This document shows positions 49,079 through 60,350 of a DNA stretch of 64,000 bases, one piece after another; within the stretch, counting starts at the first letter, position 1, and every line of letters begins with the position of its first letter. The notes beneath the pieces were generated by a model. That model was not told the DNA's origin. It was given only the letters and a program-made list of their open reading frames with translations, and ran no database searches. Made by a program: the position numbers and the translations under genes. This DNA is from Oceanispirochaeta sp. (GTDB lineage: Bacteria > Spirochaetota > Spirochaetia > DSM-2461). The DNA is taken from the NCBI GenBank assembly GCA_963666275.2, contig CAXXOA010000001.1:1920001-1984000 (forward strand). The letters are read 5' to 3'.

Positions 49079-49579
49079 TTACAGAGCTTTCCTTTCCGGC
49101 AGTACCCTATCCAGCAGTAATCGCAGCAGCTGAAATAAAATGGGAGCCAGCAGGGCATTGATTATCAGTTCCAGAAAGAACAACCGGGAAAAAACAGTGG
49201 AACCGGAGATCGCAATATTAAAAACATCTATGATCAGGAATGAAAGGATACCCTTGAAGAATGTGACAATGACGAGAGTGACAAAAGGGAACAGAATCGG
49301 ATCCATTACAAATCGATCATGAAACAATCCTGATACAAAACCTATGATGGTTTTGATAAAGGCATTGAAACCCAGGGGAGATAGACTTAAAAAATCCTCA
49401 AAGAGCCCCGCGGTGAAGCCGCTGAACTGTCCTGCACTGCTTCCATATCGGAATGAAAAGAATACAAGCATAATAAGGGAAAAATCAGGAGAAATACTAA
49501 AACCGAGATAATGAAATATTGTTGTCCTCAGAAGGATTCCCAGAAACAGCAGAAGAATCAGAATCACCTGTTTTTTCAT
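49079..49579 (-). CDS. mreD: Rod shape-determining protein MreD
   Basis: Polytopic membrane protein with PD, GLFED, PLG; between mreC and mrdA. Confidence 0.9.
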   Translation of the reverse strand: MKKQVILILLLFLGILLRTTIFHYLGFSISPDFSLIMLVFFSFRYGSSAGQFSGFTAGLFEDFLSLSPLGFNAFIKTIIGFVSGLFHDRFVMDPILFPFVTLVIVTFFKGILSFLIIDVFNIAISGSTVFSRLFFLELIINALLAPILFQLLRLLLDRVLPERKAL

Positions 49580-50430
49580 TGAGTGATATCTCCTTCCTCG
49601 CCGGTAAGAACAAAAACATATTCCAGTGTGGAAAAATCTATAACCGGGCGGACTTCAATTTCCAGGGAAGTATTGTACTCTCTGGAAGTTATGCTCTGAA
49701 CTTTACCGATATAGATACCCCGGGGATAGATTGACTGCATTCCGGAAGTAATAATCAGGTCATCATTGCTGATCTGATAAGTGGCTGTTTTTTTGACATA
49801 ATTCATTATAAGCAGATTCTCATTGCTCCCGGTACCATTTATCAATCCCTCAAAACGGGTATCCTGAAAACGGGCCGCTACATAGCTGGAGCTGTCGTAA
49901 ATGGGAGAAACAATGGAAGAACCGAATCCGGCTTCTACCACTTTCCCGACCAGACCGATGATGCCGTTCTGATAGGCTGTCAGCGGCATCCCCTCTCTCA
50001 CACCGTGCCGACGGCCCTTATTGATCATAAATGAGGAATAGAGGTTAACAGGGTCCTTCGCAATGATCTCTGCAGCTACATGGGAAATTTCGAGATCCTG
50101 ATCAAAATCAAGCTGTTTTTTGAGCAGCTGGTTCTCCCTCCGGATCTCTGTGATATTCTTATCCATTGTTTCATATTCATTCAGTTTCTGGAGAGTTTTG
50201 TCATACTCGTCTTTCAGGTTCTTCAGCTCATTAATGGAGTTAACTGTATTGGAAAACCAGGAGACCGATTCGAAAACAGCCTTCTGAAATCCTGAAAGAA
50301 CACTCATACCCACCATCTTCGGATTAGACAGCCGGGCATTCGTTGAGAATACAAGCATAGTGAGACTGATAAAGAGTAAAAGTATAAATGTAGGGGTTCT
50401 ACGGTTTTTGCTGTCCTGCACCAGACGCAT
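49576..50430 (-). CDS. mreC: Rod shape-determining protein MreC
   Basis: TM and coiled coil, INKG, GLVGKV, TSG, YPRGIYIG. Confidence 0.93.
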   Translation of the reverse strand: MRLVQDSKNRRTPTFILLLFISLTMLVFSTNARLSNPKMVGMSVLSGFQKAVFESVSWFSNTVNSINELKNLKDEYDKTLQKLNEYETMDKNITEIRRENQLLKKQLDFDQDLEISHVAAEIIAKDPVNLYSSFMINKGRRHGVREGMPLTAYQNGIIGLVGKVVEAGFGSSIVSPIYDSSSYVAARFQDTRFEGLINGTGSNENLLIMNYVKKTATYQISNDDLIITSGMQSIYPRGIYIGKVQSITSREYNTSLEIEVRPVIDFSTLEYVFVLTGEEGDITQ

Positions 50431-50444
50431 ACCTCATTACCGGA

Positions 50445-51491
50445 TTATGAGTTCAGATTGTCATAGATACTACGACTGCTGTTTGCACCCTTTTCATACT
50501 CAAAATACATACCCGCACCGAGAGCAACACAGAGCAGTGGATTTTCAGCCAGAATGACAGGAACACCGGTTTCTTTGGAAAGAAGCTTGGGAAGTCCCTT
50601 GAGGGCAGAACCGCCACCGGTCATGACAATACCTCTTTCAACAATATCAGCCGCCAACTCAGGGGGAGTCTGCCCCAGAGTTCTTTTGACTTCTTCTACA
50701 ATGGCATTGATGGGTTCCTGTAAGGCCTCCCGGACTTCTACAGAATCGATTTCCAGGCGCCTGGGCAGACCGGTAATGGCATCGGTTCCCTTGATTTCCA
50801 TTTTTTCAATTTTATTATCAGGAGCCGCATTTCCGATATTGATTTTCAGACGTTCCGCCGTCTGTTCTCCAATAATAAGATTATGGACACTTCTGACATG
50901 TTTGATGATTGCTACGTCAAAACCGTCGCCGGCAAGACGAATCGCATTGGTTACAACCATCCCCCCCAGAGAAATGACTGATATCTCTGTGGTACCGCCT
51001 CCGATATCACAGACCATATGCCCCGCAGGCTCAAAAATGGGGATATCCGCTCCGATTGCCGCAGCAAGTGATTCTTCGATGATTTTAACTTCCCTGGCTC
51101 CCGCTTTGAAAGCACTCTCTTCCACGGCTCTTCTTTCAACTTCTGTTATACAGGAAGGGACACCAATAACCATTCTGGGTTTTACAATCCAGCGTTTGGG
51201 CAGTACTTTGGCAATAAAATAACGGATCATTTTTTCCGTTGTTTCAAGATCTGCGATAACACCATCGCGCAAAGGTCGGATGGCAATGATATCCCCGGGA
51301 GTTTTCCAGAGCATTCTTTTCGCTTCACTTCCAACTGCGACTACTTTTTTTGTTCCTCTTTCAACAGCAACTACAGAGGGCTCACTGCTGACGATGCCTT
51401 TACCTCTGACATAAATGAGAGTGTTACAAGTTCCAAGATCTATACCTATATCAGTCGAAAAACCACCGAAAATTTTATTAGAGCGAGCCAT
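50445..51491 (-). CDS. mreB: Actin-like rod shape-determining protein
   Basis: [34 protein letters not shown]. Confidence 0.98.
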   Translation of the reverse strand: MARSNKIFGGFSTDIGIDLGTCNTLIYVRGKGIVSSEPSVVAVERGTKKVVAVGSEAKRMLWKTPGDIIAIRPLRDGVIADLETTEKMIRYFIAKVLPKRWIVKPRMVIGVPSCITEVERRAVEESAFKAGAREVKIIEESLAAAIGADIPIFEPAGHMVCDIGGGTTEISVISLGGMVVTNAIRLAGDGFDVAIIKHVRSVHNLIIGEQTAERLKINIGNAAPDNKIEKMEIKGTDAITGLPRRLEIDSVEVREALQEPINAIVEEVKRTLGQTPPELAADIVERGIVMTGGGSALKGLPKLLSKETGVPVILAENPLLCVALGAGMYFEYEKGANSSRSIYDNLNS

Positions 51492-51522
51492 ATTTCCTCC
51501 AAAGTATCCTTATCAATATTTA

Positions 51523-52446
51523 TTAGTTATAAAGTCGCAATCTGGCATTTCTATGTTCCGGATCAATCCGTAATGTTCTATGCCACTCCCTGCGTGCTTC
51601 AGTCATATCATTCAAATAAAAGTACGTTTCACCCAGCATAAAATGCGATTCAGCCACTCCTGGATCAATGGCATTCAGCTTTTGAAACGTTTCTTCCGCC
51701 ATTTTGAAATTTTCTATATCATAATAGAGTTTTCCAAGTTGAAAAAGCCCCTTTTTTTTCAAAGACTCATCATTTGTACGCTTTAACAACTCATTATAAT
51801 AAACAGCTGACTTATTATACTCTCCGAAGTTGAAACAGTCTTCTGCAATTTTCAAATATAATCTGTCAGAATTATTGTTATTGAGTGCTTTTTCATAATA
51901 CTCAATGCTTTTTTCAAAATTGCCAAGAATGGAATAGGCTTCACCCATAAATTCAAATGTATCGCTATTTTCGTATCCCGCATCCCTGGCTTTCTGAAAA
52001 TATTCCAGAGCGGTATTGGCATAATATCTTCCTTTCATAAGATAGGATTTACCCAGAACATAGTAGACTATTTCAATTTTGGGGGCATCCGGCCTGATAA
52101 GGAGTTTCCGGAGCGAAACAATGGCATTATTCAGATACAGAGATTCATCTTCTGCTGAGATCTGGGACACAGCCGTATAATAGGAAGCGAGACCTCTGAA
52201 AAAAAGGCTGTGCGCATCCATGGGATTCTGTTCCAGATTGCTGTCTGTTATATTCAGGACGGAAAGATAGTCTCCCTTCTGCCAGAGAGATCTCAAACTC
52301 TGGGTGGAGGGCTGAGAATTTATTCTGCTTGAAAAATAGGAAGCCCCTCTGATGATACCGAAAAGGGCAATGGTAATACTCAAGAGTAAAAAAATTACAA
52401 GAAACAATAAAATGGACCGGTTATTCCGCTCTTTATGTTTCAACAA
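51523..52446 (-). CDS. Membrane-anchored TPR protein
   Basis: N-terminal TM; several TPRs (YVLGKSY, FMGEAY, FQLGKLY, FMLGETY). Confidence 0.75.
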   Translation of the reverse strand: MLKHKERNNRSILLFLVIFLLLSITIALFGIIRGASYFSSRINSQPSTQSLRSLWQKGDYLSVLNITDSNLEQNPMDAHSLFFRGLASYYTAVSQISAEDESLYLNNAIVSLRKLLIRPDAPKIEIVYYVLGKSYLMKGRYYANTALEYFQKARDAGYENSDTFEFMGEAYSILGNFEKSIEYYEKALNNNNSDRLYLKIAEDCFNFGEYNKSAVYYNELLKRTNDESLKKKGLFQLGKLYYDIENFKMAEETFQKLNAIDPGVAESHFMLGETYFYLNDMTEARREWHRTLRIDPEHRNARLRLYN

Positions 52447-52470
52447 AGACCCCTTTAAAAATAAAAAAAA

Positions 52471-52805
52471 ACAGGCCTGTAAGCCGGGTTCTGTCTAAGG
52501 ACTGCCATCTATCTGATCCGAATGTTACCAAACGGCTTTAGCAATCTACCCGCAGACAATAGACGAGAAATCCTGTCTGCTGCTTGATCTTGCTCCTGAT
52601 GAGGTTTATCGTGCCCTCTTCCGTTACCGGATGAGGCGGTGGGCTCTTACCCCGCCTTTTCACCCTTACCCGCAGGCGGTATATTTTCTGTGACACTGTC
52701 TGTCATTCCCGAAAAGGGAATGCCCGGGAGTTACCCGGCATCATTCTCTATGGAGCCCGGACTTTCCTCTACCGGCAATACACCGGCAGCGGCAATCTGG
52801 CCTGT
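52471..52805 (-). ncRNA. rnpB: RNase P RNA (bacterial type A)
   Basis: Minus strand has GAGGAAAGTCCGGGCTCC near the 5' end and ACAGAACCCGGCTTAC near the 3' end; complementary termini form P1. Confidence 0.96.
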
Positions 52806-52822
52806 TAAATTTCTAAATACAA

Positions 52823-53617
52823 TTAATCCAGATCAAAGTCATCGACAAGATCTGAAAGCCCGCCGACTTCTGCAGTCATATAGGCTGATGAAGTATCAAC
52901 TTCGGACCCTTCTGACTCCTGATAAAACAGAATACGGCTGCAGTAGGGACAGAAAAGAATATCTTCTCCGGCTCTTACATCATTTACATACTGCTTGGGA
53001 AGGATCATATGACACCCGTTACATGTTCCGTTCAGAACAGGAACAATACCCAGACCGGATTTATTCCTGATAATCCTTTCAAACTTGAAAAGGATCTCCT
53101 CATCCATACCCGGAATGACATCGGCTTCTTCCGATTCCAGTTTTTTAAGAAGATCTTCTTTACTGAGCTTTTCGGCATCATTTTTTTCCTGTTCAACCTT
53201 AAGCTCCTCTTCCTGCTGAGAGATCATCTGTTCCTCTCTTTGAAGATTATTGAGCATATCTTCCAGCGCCCGCTCTTCCCGCTGTATATCGCGACGGAGC
53301 TTCTGTTCTTTCTCTGTGGCATCTTTGATCTCTTTCTCCAGAGCTTCGTATTCTCTCTGGGTAGAAATAACATCCATGCGTTTCTCAAACTCTTCTCTCT
53401 GCCTTTCAGCTTCACCCATTTCATGTTTGAGAGTTTTTATCTTGTCTTTGGTATTCTCATACTGCTCATTCTTTTCGATATAGGACTTCTTCAGTCTATT
53501 GAGAAGTTCAGTTTTGGTAGCAAGATTCTTGGGGATTCCCTCAATCTCTTTTTCAATTTCAAACTTCTGAGACAGAATCTCCTGCAATTTCTGTAATTTA
53601 TCAAATGTTCCCTGCAT
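52823..53617 (-). CDS. Coiled-coil C4 zinc-ribbon protein (DUF164; CdsZ/HP0958-like)
   Basis: Long coiled coil then CNGCHM...FCPYCSRILF. Confidence 0.9.
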   Translation of the reverse strand: MQGTFDKLQKLQEILSQKFEIEKEIEGIPKNLATKTELLNRLKKSYIEKNEQYENTKDKIKTLKHEMGEAERQREEFEKRMDVISTQREYEALEKEIKDATEKEQKLRRDIQREERALEDMLNNLQREEQMISQQEEELKVEQEKNDAEKLSKEDLLKKLESEEADVIPGMDEEILFKFERIIRNKSGLGIVPVLNGTCNGCHMILPKQYVNDVRAGEDILFCPYCSRILFYQESEGSEVDTSSAYMTAEVGGLSDLVDDFDLD

Positions 53618-53633
53618 ATGGTTATACCTCTTA

Positions 53634-55565
53634 TTAGTTTTCCAGATAATCTTTCAGCCTGCGGCTTCTTTTCGGATGCCTCAGCCTGCGTAATGCTTTC
53701 GCTTCGATCTGCCTGATCCTCTCACGGGTTACATTAAAATACAATCCAACCTCTTCCAGAGTCAAGGAATAACCATCTTCAAGACCGAATCGCATTTTAA
53801 GAACTTCCTGCTCCCTGGGAGGCAGAGTTTCAAGGACTTCCTGCAGCTGCTCCTGCAGTATTTTGAATGCCGTCTGGTTAGCGGGATTTTCCACATCTTT
53901 ATCTTCGATGAAATCCCCCAGAAGTGAATCCTCCTCCTCTCCGATGGGAGTTTCCAGTGAAATCGGTTCTCTGGCGACATTCTTAACGGATTTAACCCTG
54001 GAGACTGTCCATCCCAGGCGTTCCGCGATCTCTTCATCAGTCGGTTCCCGACCTTTAATCTGCATAAGCTGTCTGGATTCCCTGACAACTTTGTTGATCT
54101 GCTCAATCATATGCACGGGAACCCGGATAGTTCTTGCCTGATCGGATATGGATCTGGTGATTGCCTGACGAATCCACCAGGTAGCGTAGGTTGAAAACTT
54201 ATACCCTTTCCGGTACTCGAACTTCTCTACAGCCTTAATAAGCCCGATATTGCCTTCCTGAACCAGATCAAAGAAGTGCAGACCTCTATTGGTATACTTC
54301 TTGGCAATACTCACTACAAGCCGGAGGTTCGCTTTGATCAGCCTGTCCTTGGCATTTTTCATCATGGTCCGTCCATGATTTATATCCTGAGCTTTCAGAA
54401 GTACATCATCCGCTTTGTTTTCAAACTCAACTTCAAGATCATAAAGCTGTTTCTCGGCAACCTGAACCTGTCTGATCAGTTCCTTGATCTCATCGCTGGT
54501 CAAACCGAGGCTGTCCTCAATTTCCTGCCGTTTTGAACGGGAAGCCAGCCCTCTTCCGAGATTTCTGACCTCTTTCATGTTTGAAACACGGAGAGTCCGT
54601 TCTATTTTATCCTGCTTCTTTCGGTACTGTTTAATTTTTTTCGAAGCATTTATGTATTTTTCTGAAAGATAGAAGATTTCTTCCTGGTGGATATCAATAC
54701 CGATGATCTCTTCCAGCAGTGATTTTCTTTTTACAGTCAGCTTTTTGTCCGAAATGACATCACCGTCTGTAGAGGCAATTTTTTCCTTCATATCCATGTA
54801 CCCCTTGAGGGTCGGGAAAATTGCTTTCAGAGGCTCTCTGTAATACTGATTCAGTCGTCTCTTCTCGGCCAGATAGTCAGATATTTCCTTTTTTGAAAAG
54901 TTCATATCACGGGGATCCGCTTTGGAGAATGCTTTCTGAGCCAGTTTATAAAATTCCGGAATAATCATTCCTGATGTTTTCAGGATATTCTTAATGATCT
55001 CTTCCCCTTCTTCCATCTGTTTGGAAAGTTCCACTTCCTGCTGGGCAGTGAGCAGATTCTCTTTTCCAATTTCTCTCAGATAGAGACGGATCGGGTCATC
55101 AATGGAGGCTTCTTTTTCGTTGAAGACGAGTTTTTTACTCTCTTCTTCCTCGTCATCATCCTCATCTTTGGAATCATCATCGTCTTCTTTATCCAGATCA
55201 AGTTCATCTTCATCAATGATTCCGTCATCGTCTCCGGTAATATCTACAGAGTCGTCATCACTGCCGTCGGAAACAACAGGAGTGGCTCCTTCAACAATGA
55301 TGGGTTCATCATCAAGATCATTGAGATCATCTTCATCAAGATCCTCTTCAAGATCCTCTTCCTGATCCACATCATCCATGGAAGGTTCCTCTTCCATAAT
55401 GGTAATGTTCTGTTTTTCAAGAAGGGTAATGACCTCTTCGATCTTTTCAGAATTCACAATATTATCGGGCAGTAACTCATTCATTTCATCATAAGTTATG
55501 CGCTTCTTGTCTTTTACGTATTCTAATAACTTAACAATTGCGGGGTCAGTACTGATTTCTGACAT
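53634..55565 (-). CDS. rpoD: RNA polymerase primary sigma factor
   Basis: [56 protein letters not shown]. Confidence 0.98.
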   Translation of the reverse strand: MSEISTDPAIVKLLEYVKDKKRITYDEMNELLPDNIVNSEKIEEVITLLEKQNITIMEEEPSMDDVDQEEDLEEDLDEDDLNDLDDEPIIVEGATPVVSDGSDDDSVDITGDDDGIIDEDELDLDKEDDDDSKDEDDDEEEESKKLVFNEKEASIDDPIRLYLREIGKENLLTAQQEVELSKQMEEGEEIIKNILKTSGMIIPEFYKLAQKAFSKADPRDMNFSKKEISDYLAEKRRLNQYYREPLKAIFPTLKGYMDMKEKIASTDGDVISDKKLTVKRKSLLEEIIGIDIHQEEIFYLSEKYINASKKIKQYRKKQDKIERTLRVSNMKEVRNLGRGLASRSKRQEIEDSLGLTSDEIKELIRQVQVAEKQLYDLEVEFENKADDVLLKAQDINHGRTMMKNAKDRLIKANLRLVVSIAKKYTNRGLHFFDLVQEGNIGLIKAVEKFEYRKGYKFSTYATWWIRQAITRSISDQARTIRVPVHMIEQINKVVRESRQLMQIKGREPTDEEIAERLGWTVSRVKSVKNVAREPISLETPIGEEEDSLLGDFIEDKDVENPANQTAFKILQEQLQEVLETLPPREQEVLKMRFGLEDGYSLTLEEVGLYFNVTRERIRQIEAKALRRLRHPKRSRRLKDYLEN

Positions 55566-57334
55566 TAGTCCCTCACCTTCAATTCAACAATTTCTTGATC
55601 CAGGGATTTTTTTTCATTGATTAATTCATTAATCATATCCCAGGATATATTTTCTTTTTCGGCACGATTCAGGAGACGGCTTATCTCCAGACTTCTAGCT
55701 TCCAGCTGACGGGATTTAACAAGTTTCAAAGTATTCTTTATCACCTGTTCCGCGTCCGCATCCATTTCACCTGTCGAAATCTTTTCAACAAGCATTTTTT
55801 TCACAGAATCATCTCCAATTCTCAACAGAAGCTGCTCAATTTTACTTTCATTATTTTCAACACTGTCTTCCAGAGCTTTATATAAAACTACTGCTCTCTC
55901 ATCATGAAAGTCAAATTTACTGATATTTTCCTTCAGATACGGAAAAAAGTCTCTATTGATAGAGACTGCCAACATGAGGAAAAATTCATCTGTCATTTTC
56001 TGGTTCTGATAGATTTCGGGCTTTTTCTCTTCTTTCTTCCTGGACTGTTGATTTGTATGCCGATTCATATCCACAACGAGAGCTTTATTATTCACTCCCA
56101 GGGTTTCTGACAGCATTCCAAGACAAGCATCCCTTTTAATCTCAGAACCAATTGATTCAATATACGGAAATAATTCCTTTACTACCTGCTCCTTGCCTTC
56201 CGGTGTCCCGGTATCATAGGACACCATTGTGTAATCTAACAGAAATTGAAAAACTTGGACAGGCCTATTCACCATGTTTTTCAATGTTTCTGCTCCTTCT
56301 CTCTCTATTATATCCGCTGGATCAGATTTTTCAGGCAATTTTATCACCTGAAGCTGCAAACCCTGCTGTTCAGATATAATAGCGGCTTTGAATGTCGCCT
56401 TCATCCCGGCATCATCGCTGTCAAAAATGACATACCCTTTGGTGGCATACCTTTTTAAAAGTTTGGCCTGACCTTCTGTAAAAGCGGTTCCCAGAGGAGC
56501 CATTGCCGAAGTAAAACCGCTCTGATAGAGGGCGAGGACATCGACATTTCCTTCGCAGAGATAGAATTCTCTTGTTTTCCTCAGACTGTCCCTGCTCTGC
56601 CAGAGACCGTAAAGCAGCTCGCTCTTCTTATAGAGCCTTGTCTCGGGAGAGTTGATATACTTCGGTACATTCTTATCATTCTTCATTGTTCTCCCGCTGA
56701 AGGCAACAACATCTCCCTGATTGGAATAGACCGGAAACATCAGCCTGTCGGAAAACAGGCATCGCCGGGGATTTTTTTTGGTAAACAGGCCGGATTCCAG
56801 AAGAAAATCTTCCGAGTAGTTTCGGCTTTTCAGAAAACCATACAGCCAGAAGGAGTCGTCCGGAGCGTAACCCAGCTGAAATCTTTCGATTGTATCTTCA
56901 TGAATCCCACGGTTAGCCAGATACTGTCTGGCTTCTGCTGCTTTAGGATTATTCATTAAAATATAATGCATGCTGCCGGAGACCCTGTTATACAGTTCTT
57001 TCAGAGCATTTTTCTGTATTCCCGCAGTTTCATCATACTGGGATTCGGGGATGACAATTCCCTTTTTCTCCGCAATGAACCGGACTGATTCAATAAAGGA
57101 GAGATTCTCAGCCTCCATGATAAACTGAAAAAAACCGCCGCCCTTATGGCATCCGAAACAGTAATAGACACTCCGTTCGGGAATAACGGAAAACGAAGGG
57201 GTTTTCTCATTGTGAAAAGGACAGCAGCCCCAGTAACGGTCCCCTTTCCGGGACAGGGCTGTATACTCCCCCACAATTTCAAGAAAATCGACTTTTTCCT
57301 GAATTTCCTCAATCACCGTTTCGGGAATTCTCAT
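55565..57334 (-). CDS. dnaG: DNA primase
   Basis: [11 protein letters not shown]...CFGC zinc domain, [28 protein letters not shown]. Confidence 0.97.
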   Translation of the reverse strand: MRIPETVIEEIQEKVDFLEIVGEYTALSRKGDRYWGCCPFHNEKTPSFSVIPERSVYYCFGCHKGGGFFQFIMEAENLSFIESVRFIAEKKGIVIPESQYDETAGIQKNALKELYNRVSGSMHYILMNNPKAAEARQYLANRGIHEDTIERFQLGYAPDDSFWLYGFLKSRNYSEDFLLESGLFTKKNPRRCLFSDRLMFPVYSNQGDVVAFSGRTMKNDKNVPKYINSPETRLYKKSELLYGLWQSRDSLRKTREFYLCEGNVDVLALYQSGFTSAMAPLGTAFTEGQAKLLKRYATKGYVIFDSDDAGMKATFKAAIISEQQGLQLQVIKLPEKSDPADIIEREGAETLKNMVNRPVQVFQFLLDYTMVSYDTGTPEGKEQVVKELFPYIESIGSEIKRDACLGMLSETLGVNNKALVVDMNRHTNQQSRKKEEKKPEIYQNQKMTDEFFLMLAVSINRDFFPYLKENISKFDFHDERAVVLYKALEDSVENNESKIEQLLLRIGDDSVKKMLVEKISTGEMDADAEQVIKNTLKLVKSRQLEARSLEISRLLNRAEKENISWDMINELINEKKSLDQEIVELKVRD

Positions 57335-57337
57335 AGA

Positions 57338-58369
57338 TTACTTACTCCGGAATCCTTCCAGGTAGAGCTGACGGGCCTGATTATGATCGGACAGGTTAGA
57401 AGTAAATGTATGAGTTCCCTGAGCCGCGTTTTCCACGACAAAGAACAGATAGTCCGTCTGAGCCGGATTGAAGGCGGCATTAAGAGCCACATACCCGGGA
57501 TTGGCAATCGGAGCCGGAGGAAGAGCCGGATTGAAATAGGTATTGAAAGGGGATTCAACTTCAAGGTCCCTGAGGAAAATCCTGTCGGGATGGGGCTTCC
57601 CCAGCTCTTCTGTCAAGACATATATGACAGTGGCACAGGACTGAAGAGGCATACCGATTTTAAGCCTGTTATAGAATACTGATGCGATTAGAGGCGCTTC
57701 CCGCCCAACCCGGTACTCTTTTTCTATAATAGAGGCAAGAATCACTTTCTCCATCATTTTTTCGTCTGAGAACTCCTTATAATAAGGATAGATCTCTCCA
57801 AGATTATCGAAAAAAGTGGCAACAAGATGAGAGAGGACCTTTTCTGAGGGAAAATTTTCCTGAAACCGGTATGTATCAGGAAATAGGTATCCTTCCAGAG
57901 AGGGACTGACCACACCCAGAGAAGCCGCGAATTCGGGGGATCCGACAAGATCCAGAAACTCTTCTTCCGAGACAATTATCCCTGCTTCTTTCAGTATGGA
58001 CGCAATCTGCCGCGATGTCAGCCCTTCGGGAATTGTTACTTTTATAAGCTCCTGAATACCCTGCTCAAAAAGATCCAGAATTTCCAGAGGAGACAAGTCC
58101 CCACTGACTGTATAATTTCCGCTTTTGATTATCGGGGCATGAAAAAACTTGATATAGATTTTCAGAACCGTCCCGTCGGGAATGAGCCCGGCCTCTTCCA
58201 GCCGATCTATTACCGAAAAGAGAGATTCTCCATTTTCAACTTTAAAAAGGACCGTATCACCCGTGCCGGCCACATTCACCGGCTGAAGATTTTTATAAGC
58301 GTAAAATACCGCACCTGCCAGAAAGGCCAGGAATAAAACTAAAACTATTATTAAAATTTTTCTGCCCAA
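57338..58369 (-). CDS. mltG: Endolytic transglycosylase
   Basis: TIPEG, LEGYLFPDTY, LASIIEKE, SVFYNRL, SPFNTY, LPPAPIANPG. Confidence 0.95.
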   Translation of the reverse strand: MGRKILIIVLVLFLAFLAGAVFYAYKNLQPVNVAGTGDTVLFKVENGESLFSVIDRLEEAGLIPDGTVLKIYIKFFHAPIIKSGNYTVSGDLSPLEILDLFEQGIQELIKVTIPEGLTSRQIASILKEAGIIVSEEEFLDLVGSPEFAASLGVVSPSLEGYLFPDTYRFQENFPSEKVLSHLVATFFDNLGEIYPYYKEFSDEKMMEKVILASIIEKEYRVGREAPLIASVFYNRLKIGMPLQSCATVIYVLTEELGKPHPDRIFLRDLEVESPFNTYFNPALPPAPIANPGYVALNAAFNPAQTDYLFFVVENAAQGTHTFTSNLSDHNQARQLYLEGFRSK

Positions 58370-58564
58370 TTAAGGCTCTCCTGTAAAATGGGATTCAAAC
58401 TGCTGGATCTCGGAAATTGTGAAACAGGAAAAGATAATCCCTTCCACTTTCCTGGCAACCTTCTGCATAAGCGGATCCAGATCATCGTATCTGTTATTGA
58501 GATCTATATAGAGAGAGATAATCTCATCTTTCTCTAGGGGGATATTCCACACCTGATCGAACAT
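58370..58564 (-). CDS. Small hypothetical protein
   Basis: 64-aa ORF filling the gap between co-oriented genes; weak AGGTAG RBS. Confidence 0.5.
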   Translation of the reverse strand: MFDQVWNIPLEKDEIISLYIDLNNRYDDLDPLMQKVARKVEGIIFSCFTISEIQQFESHFTGEP

Positions 58565-58578
58565 GCTCTACCTATCTG

Positions 58579-59523
58579 TTAGAATGTAATTTCAATTCCC
58601 TCTTTTGCCAGAAATACATTGACTTCCGGCAAACCTTTGGATCTTTGCGTATACCATCTGGCAGATCGGAGAATTGAAGCCATTTTCTTATCATCATATA
58701 AAGGTTCATGATGAAAAAGGTACAAATCTTTTATCCCGAATTCAATAGCAAAATCCACAGCCATACTGTAGGAAGAGTGACCCCAGTCATATTTCTCGAA
58801 GGCTTCTCCCAGGGTATACTGGGCATCCAGGATAATCGCATCGGCGTCCTGAAAAAAACTCATATTCCGGGGTGTGCGCTGAAAATCCTTCTGACGCAGT
58901 TCCGTATCGGATGAATAGATCAGAGAATGCTCTCCTGATGCTATTTTATAGGCAAACGAACCATTGGGATGACTCCTTTTGATCCAGCTTATCTCTGTAT
59001 CACCCAGCATCATGGAATCTCCGGTGAGGACATGAAACTCGATGTTAGCGTTAAAAGAATCAAAACCAACGGGATGAAAAGGTTTTGTCATAAAATCCCC
59101 GAGGATCTGTTCCATTTTCGGATAGGGGCTGTAGAAATGCATAACCGAATCGGGATTGTACATGGCTCCGAAATAGGGAAGCCCCAGCAGATGATCGTAA
59201 TGAAAATGACTGAAAAAGATATGATAGGTTTTTATCTCTTCATTGTGTTTGCGTATTGACCTTTCCATCTCTCTGAGGCCGGTTCCGCAATCAAATACAA
59301 TGACTTCATTCTCTTTTACACGGGCTTCAACACAGGCAGTATTTCCACCGGTGGTACCGAACAGGTATTCAGGAAGGCCTGCCAGAAACAGTTCCTTGGA
59401 CTCGGGAGAGACAAGATCAGAAGGTTTAACCCTTTGAATGACAGCGGCTATCTTTGTTCTGACAGCATCCGGTGTAAGAGGCGTCGGAGAGGATCCCCTG
59501 ACACCCCACAGCTTGATTTTCAT
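58579..59523 (-). CDS. MBL-fold metallo-hydrolase (possible phosphodiesterase)
   Basis: WGVRGS, GGNTAC, DCGTG, HFHYDH, WGHS, FHHEP. Confidence 0.88.
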   Translation of the reverse strand: MKIKLWGVRGSSPTPLTPDAVRTKIAAVIQRVKPSDLVSPESKELFLAGLPEYLFGTTGGNTACVEARVKENEVIVFDCGTGLREMERSIRKHNEEIKTYHIFFSHFHYDHLLGLPYFGAMYNPDSVMHFYSPYPKMEQILGDFMTKPFHPVGFDSFNANIEFHVLTGDSMMLGDTEISWIKRSHPNGSFAYKIASGEHSLIYSSDTELRQKDFQRTPRNMSFFQDADAIILDAQYTLGEAFEKYDWGHSSYSMAVDFAIEFGIKDLYLFHHEPLYDDKKMASILRSARWYTQRSKGLPEVNVFLAKEGIEITF

Positions 59524-59550
59524 TCACCCTCCCGCAGATATTCTTTTAAG

Positions 59551-59988
59551 CTACGGCTTATACGGTTTCTCTTTTGCCATATCTGAAAGCCAGCGGTCGA
59601 TCTCTCTGGGAGTATGATTCCCGCCCTGGTTCATCCCCGGACAACTCTGAGCTTCCCTGTCCCATGACTCCCGGGAGTCCATAACAGCCGGCCAGAAAGG
59701 ATAACTCCTGCATTGAAGAGGCCTGACCGGATAAATGGAACAGCCAAGCCCGTCCTGCCAGAAAATGCAGTCATAATTACTCTTTTCCTGCAGGCTCACT
59801 TTCTTAAAAAAACCGATATCTATTATTCTACAGTATTTTTTTAGAAAATCCTCTTCATTCATAGATAAATGATCAACAATCCCCTGAAAATCATTCTCTG
59901 ATAAAAAGACATAACCAGGCTCGTGCCGACAGCAGTGCCCGCACTGAGTACAGGAGAAATTTAATCCATCTTTATAAAATTTTTTCAT
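59551..59988 (-). CDS. YkgJ/UPF0153 cysteine-cluster (CxxCxxCC) protein
   Basis: CTQCGHCC, CIF, CSIYPVRPLQCRSYPFW, CPG; start moved to 59988 because the longer ORF overlaps the tRNA terminator. Confidence 0.88.
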   Translation of the reverse strand: MKKFYKDGLNFSCTQCGHCCRHEPGYVFLSENDFQGIVDHLSMNEEDFLKKYCRIIDIGFFKKVSLQEKSNYDCIFWQDGLGCSIYPVRPLQCRSYPFWPAVMDSRESWDREAQSCPGMNQGGNHTPREIDRWLSDMAKEKPYKP

Positions 59989-60002
59989 AGTTTGTCTCAA
60001 AT

Positions 60003-60033
60003 AAAAAAAGCCTTCTCCGATGAGAAGGCTTTT
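60003..60033 (-). terminator. Terminator of tRNA cluster
   Basis: aaaaaaagccttctc-cgat-gagaaggcttt. Confidence 0.8.
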
Positions 60034-60035
60034 CA

Positions 60036-60116
60036 TGGGGAGAGAAGGATTTGAACCTTCGAAGCCGAAGCAACAGATTTACAGTCTGCCCCCTTTGACC
60101 ACTCGGGAACCTCCCC
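60036..60116 (-). tRNA. tRNA-Tyr(GTA), copy 2
   Basis: GGGGAGG...CAGACTGTAAATCTG...GGTTCAAATCC...TCTCCCCA; long variable arm; CCA not encoded. Confidence 0.95.
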
Positions 60117-60136
60117 GTGTCATATTTGTTCCGTAT

Positions 60137-60210
60137 AGCCTTCTGTCAGATTCGAACTGACGACCCCGAGATTACAAGTCACGTGCTCTGGCCAGCTGAG
60201 CTAAGAAGGC
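60137..60210 (-). tRNA. tRNA-Thr(TGT)
   Basis: GCCTTCTTAGCTCAG...CTTGTAA...GTTCGAATC...AGAAGGCT. Confidence 0.93.
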
Positions 60211-60215
60211 ATGTA

Positions 60216-60296
60216 TGGGGAGAGAAGGATTTGAACCTTCGAAGCCGAAGCAACAGATTTACAGTCTGCCCCCTTTGACCACTCGGGAACCTCCCC
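60216..60296 (-). tRNA. tRNA-Tyr(GTA), copy 1
   Basis: Identical to 60036..60116, offset by 180 bp. Confidence 0.95.
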
Positions 60297-60350
60297 GGAA
60301 CGTATATAACTGTGTGTCTTTCAGGCTACAGCCCGTCGACGTTCAGTAAA

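Noticed and set aside
50554..51222. Long antisense ORFs opposite mreB (similar ones opposite livF, rpsA, cmk and map)
   Set aside because: Shadow frames of well-conserved housekeeping genes
52639..53070. 143-aa + strand ORF
   Set aside because: Antisense to rnpB and the zinc-ribbon gene; no protein features
59989..60036. N-terminal extension of the YkgJ ORF in the ORF track
   Set aside because: Overlaps the tRNA-Tyr 3' end and its terminator; 59988 is the more plausible start
60036..60296. attL/attR of an integrated prophage or ICE
   Set aside because: Only tRNA-Thr lies between the repeats; no integrase or cargo
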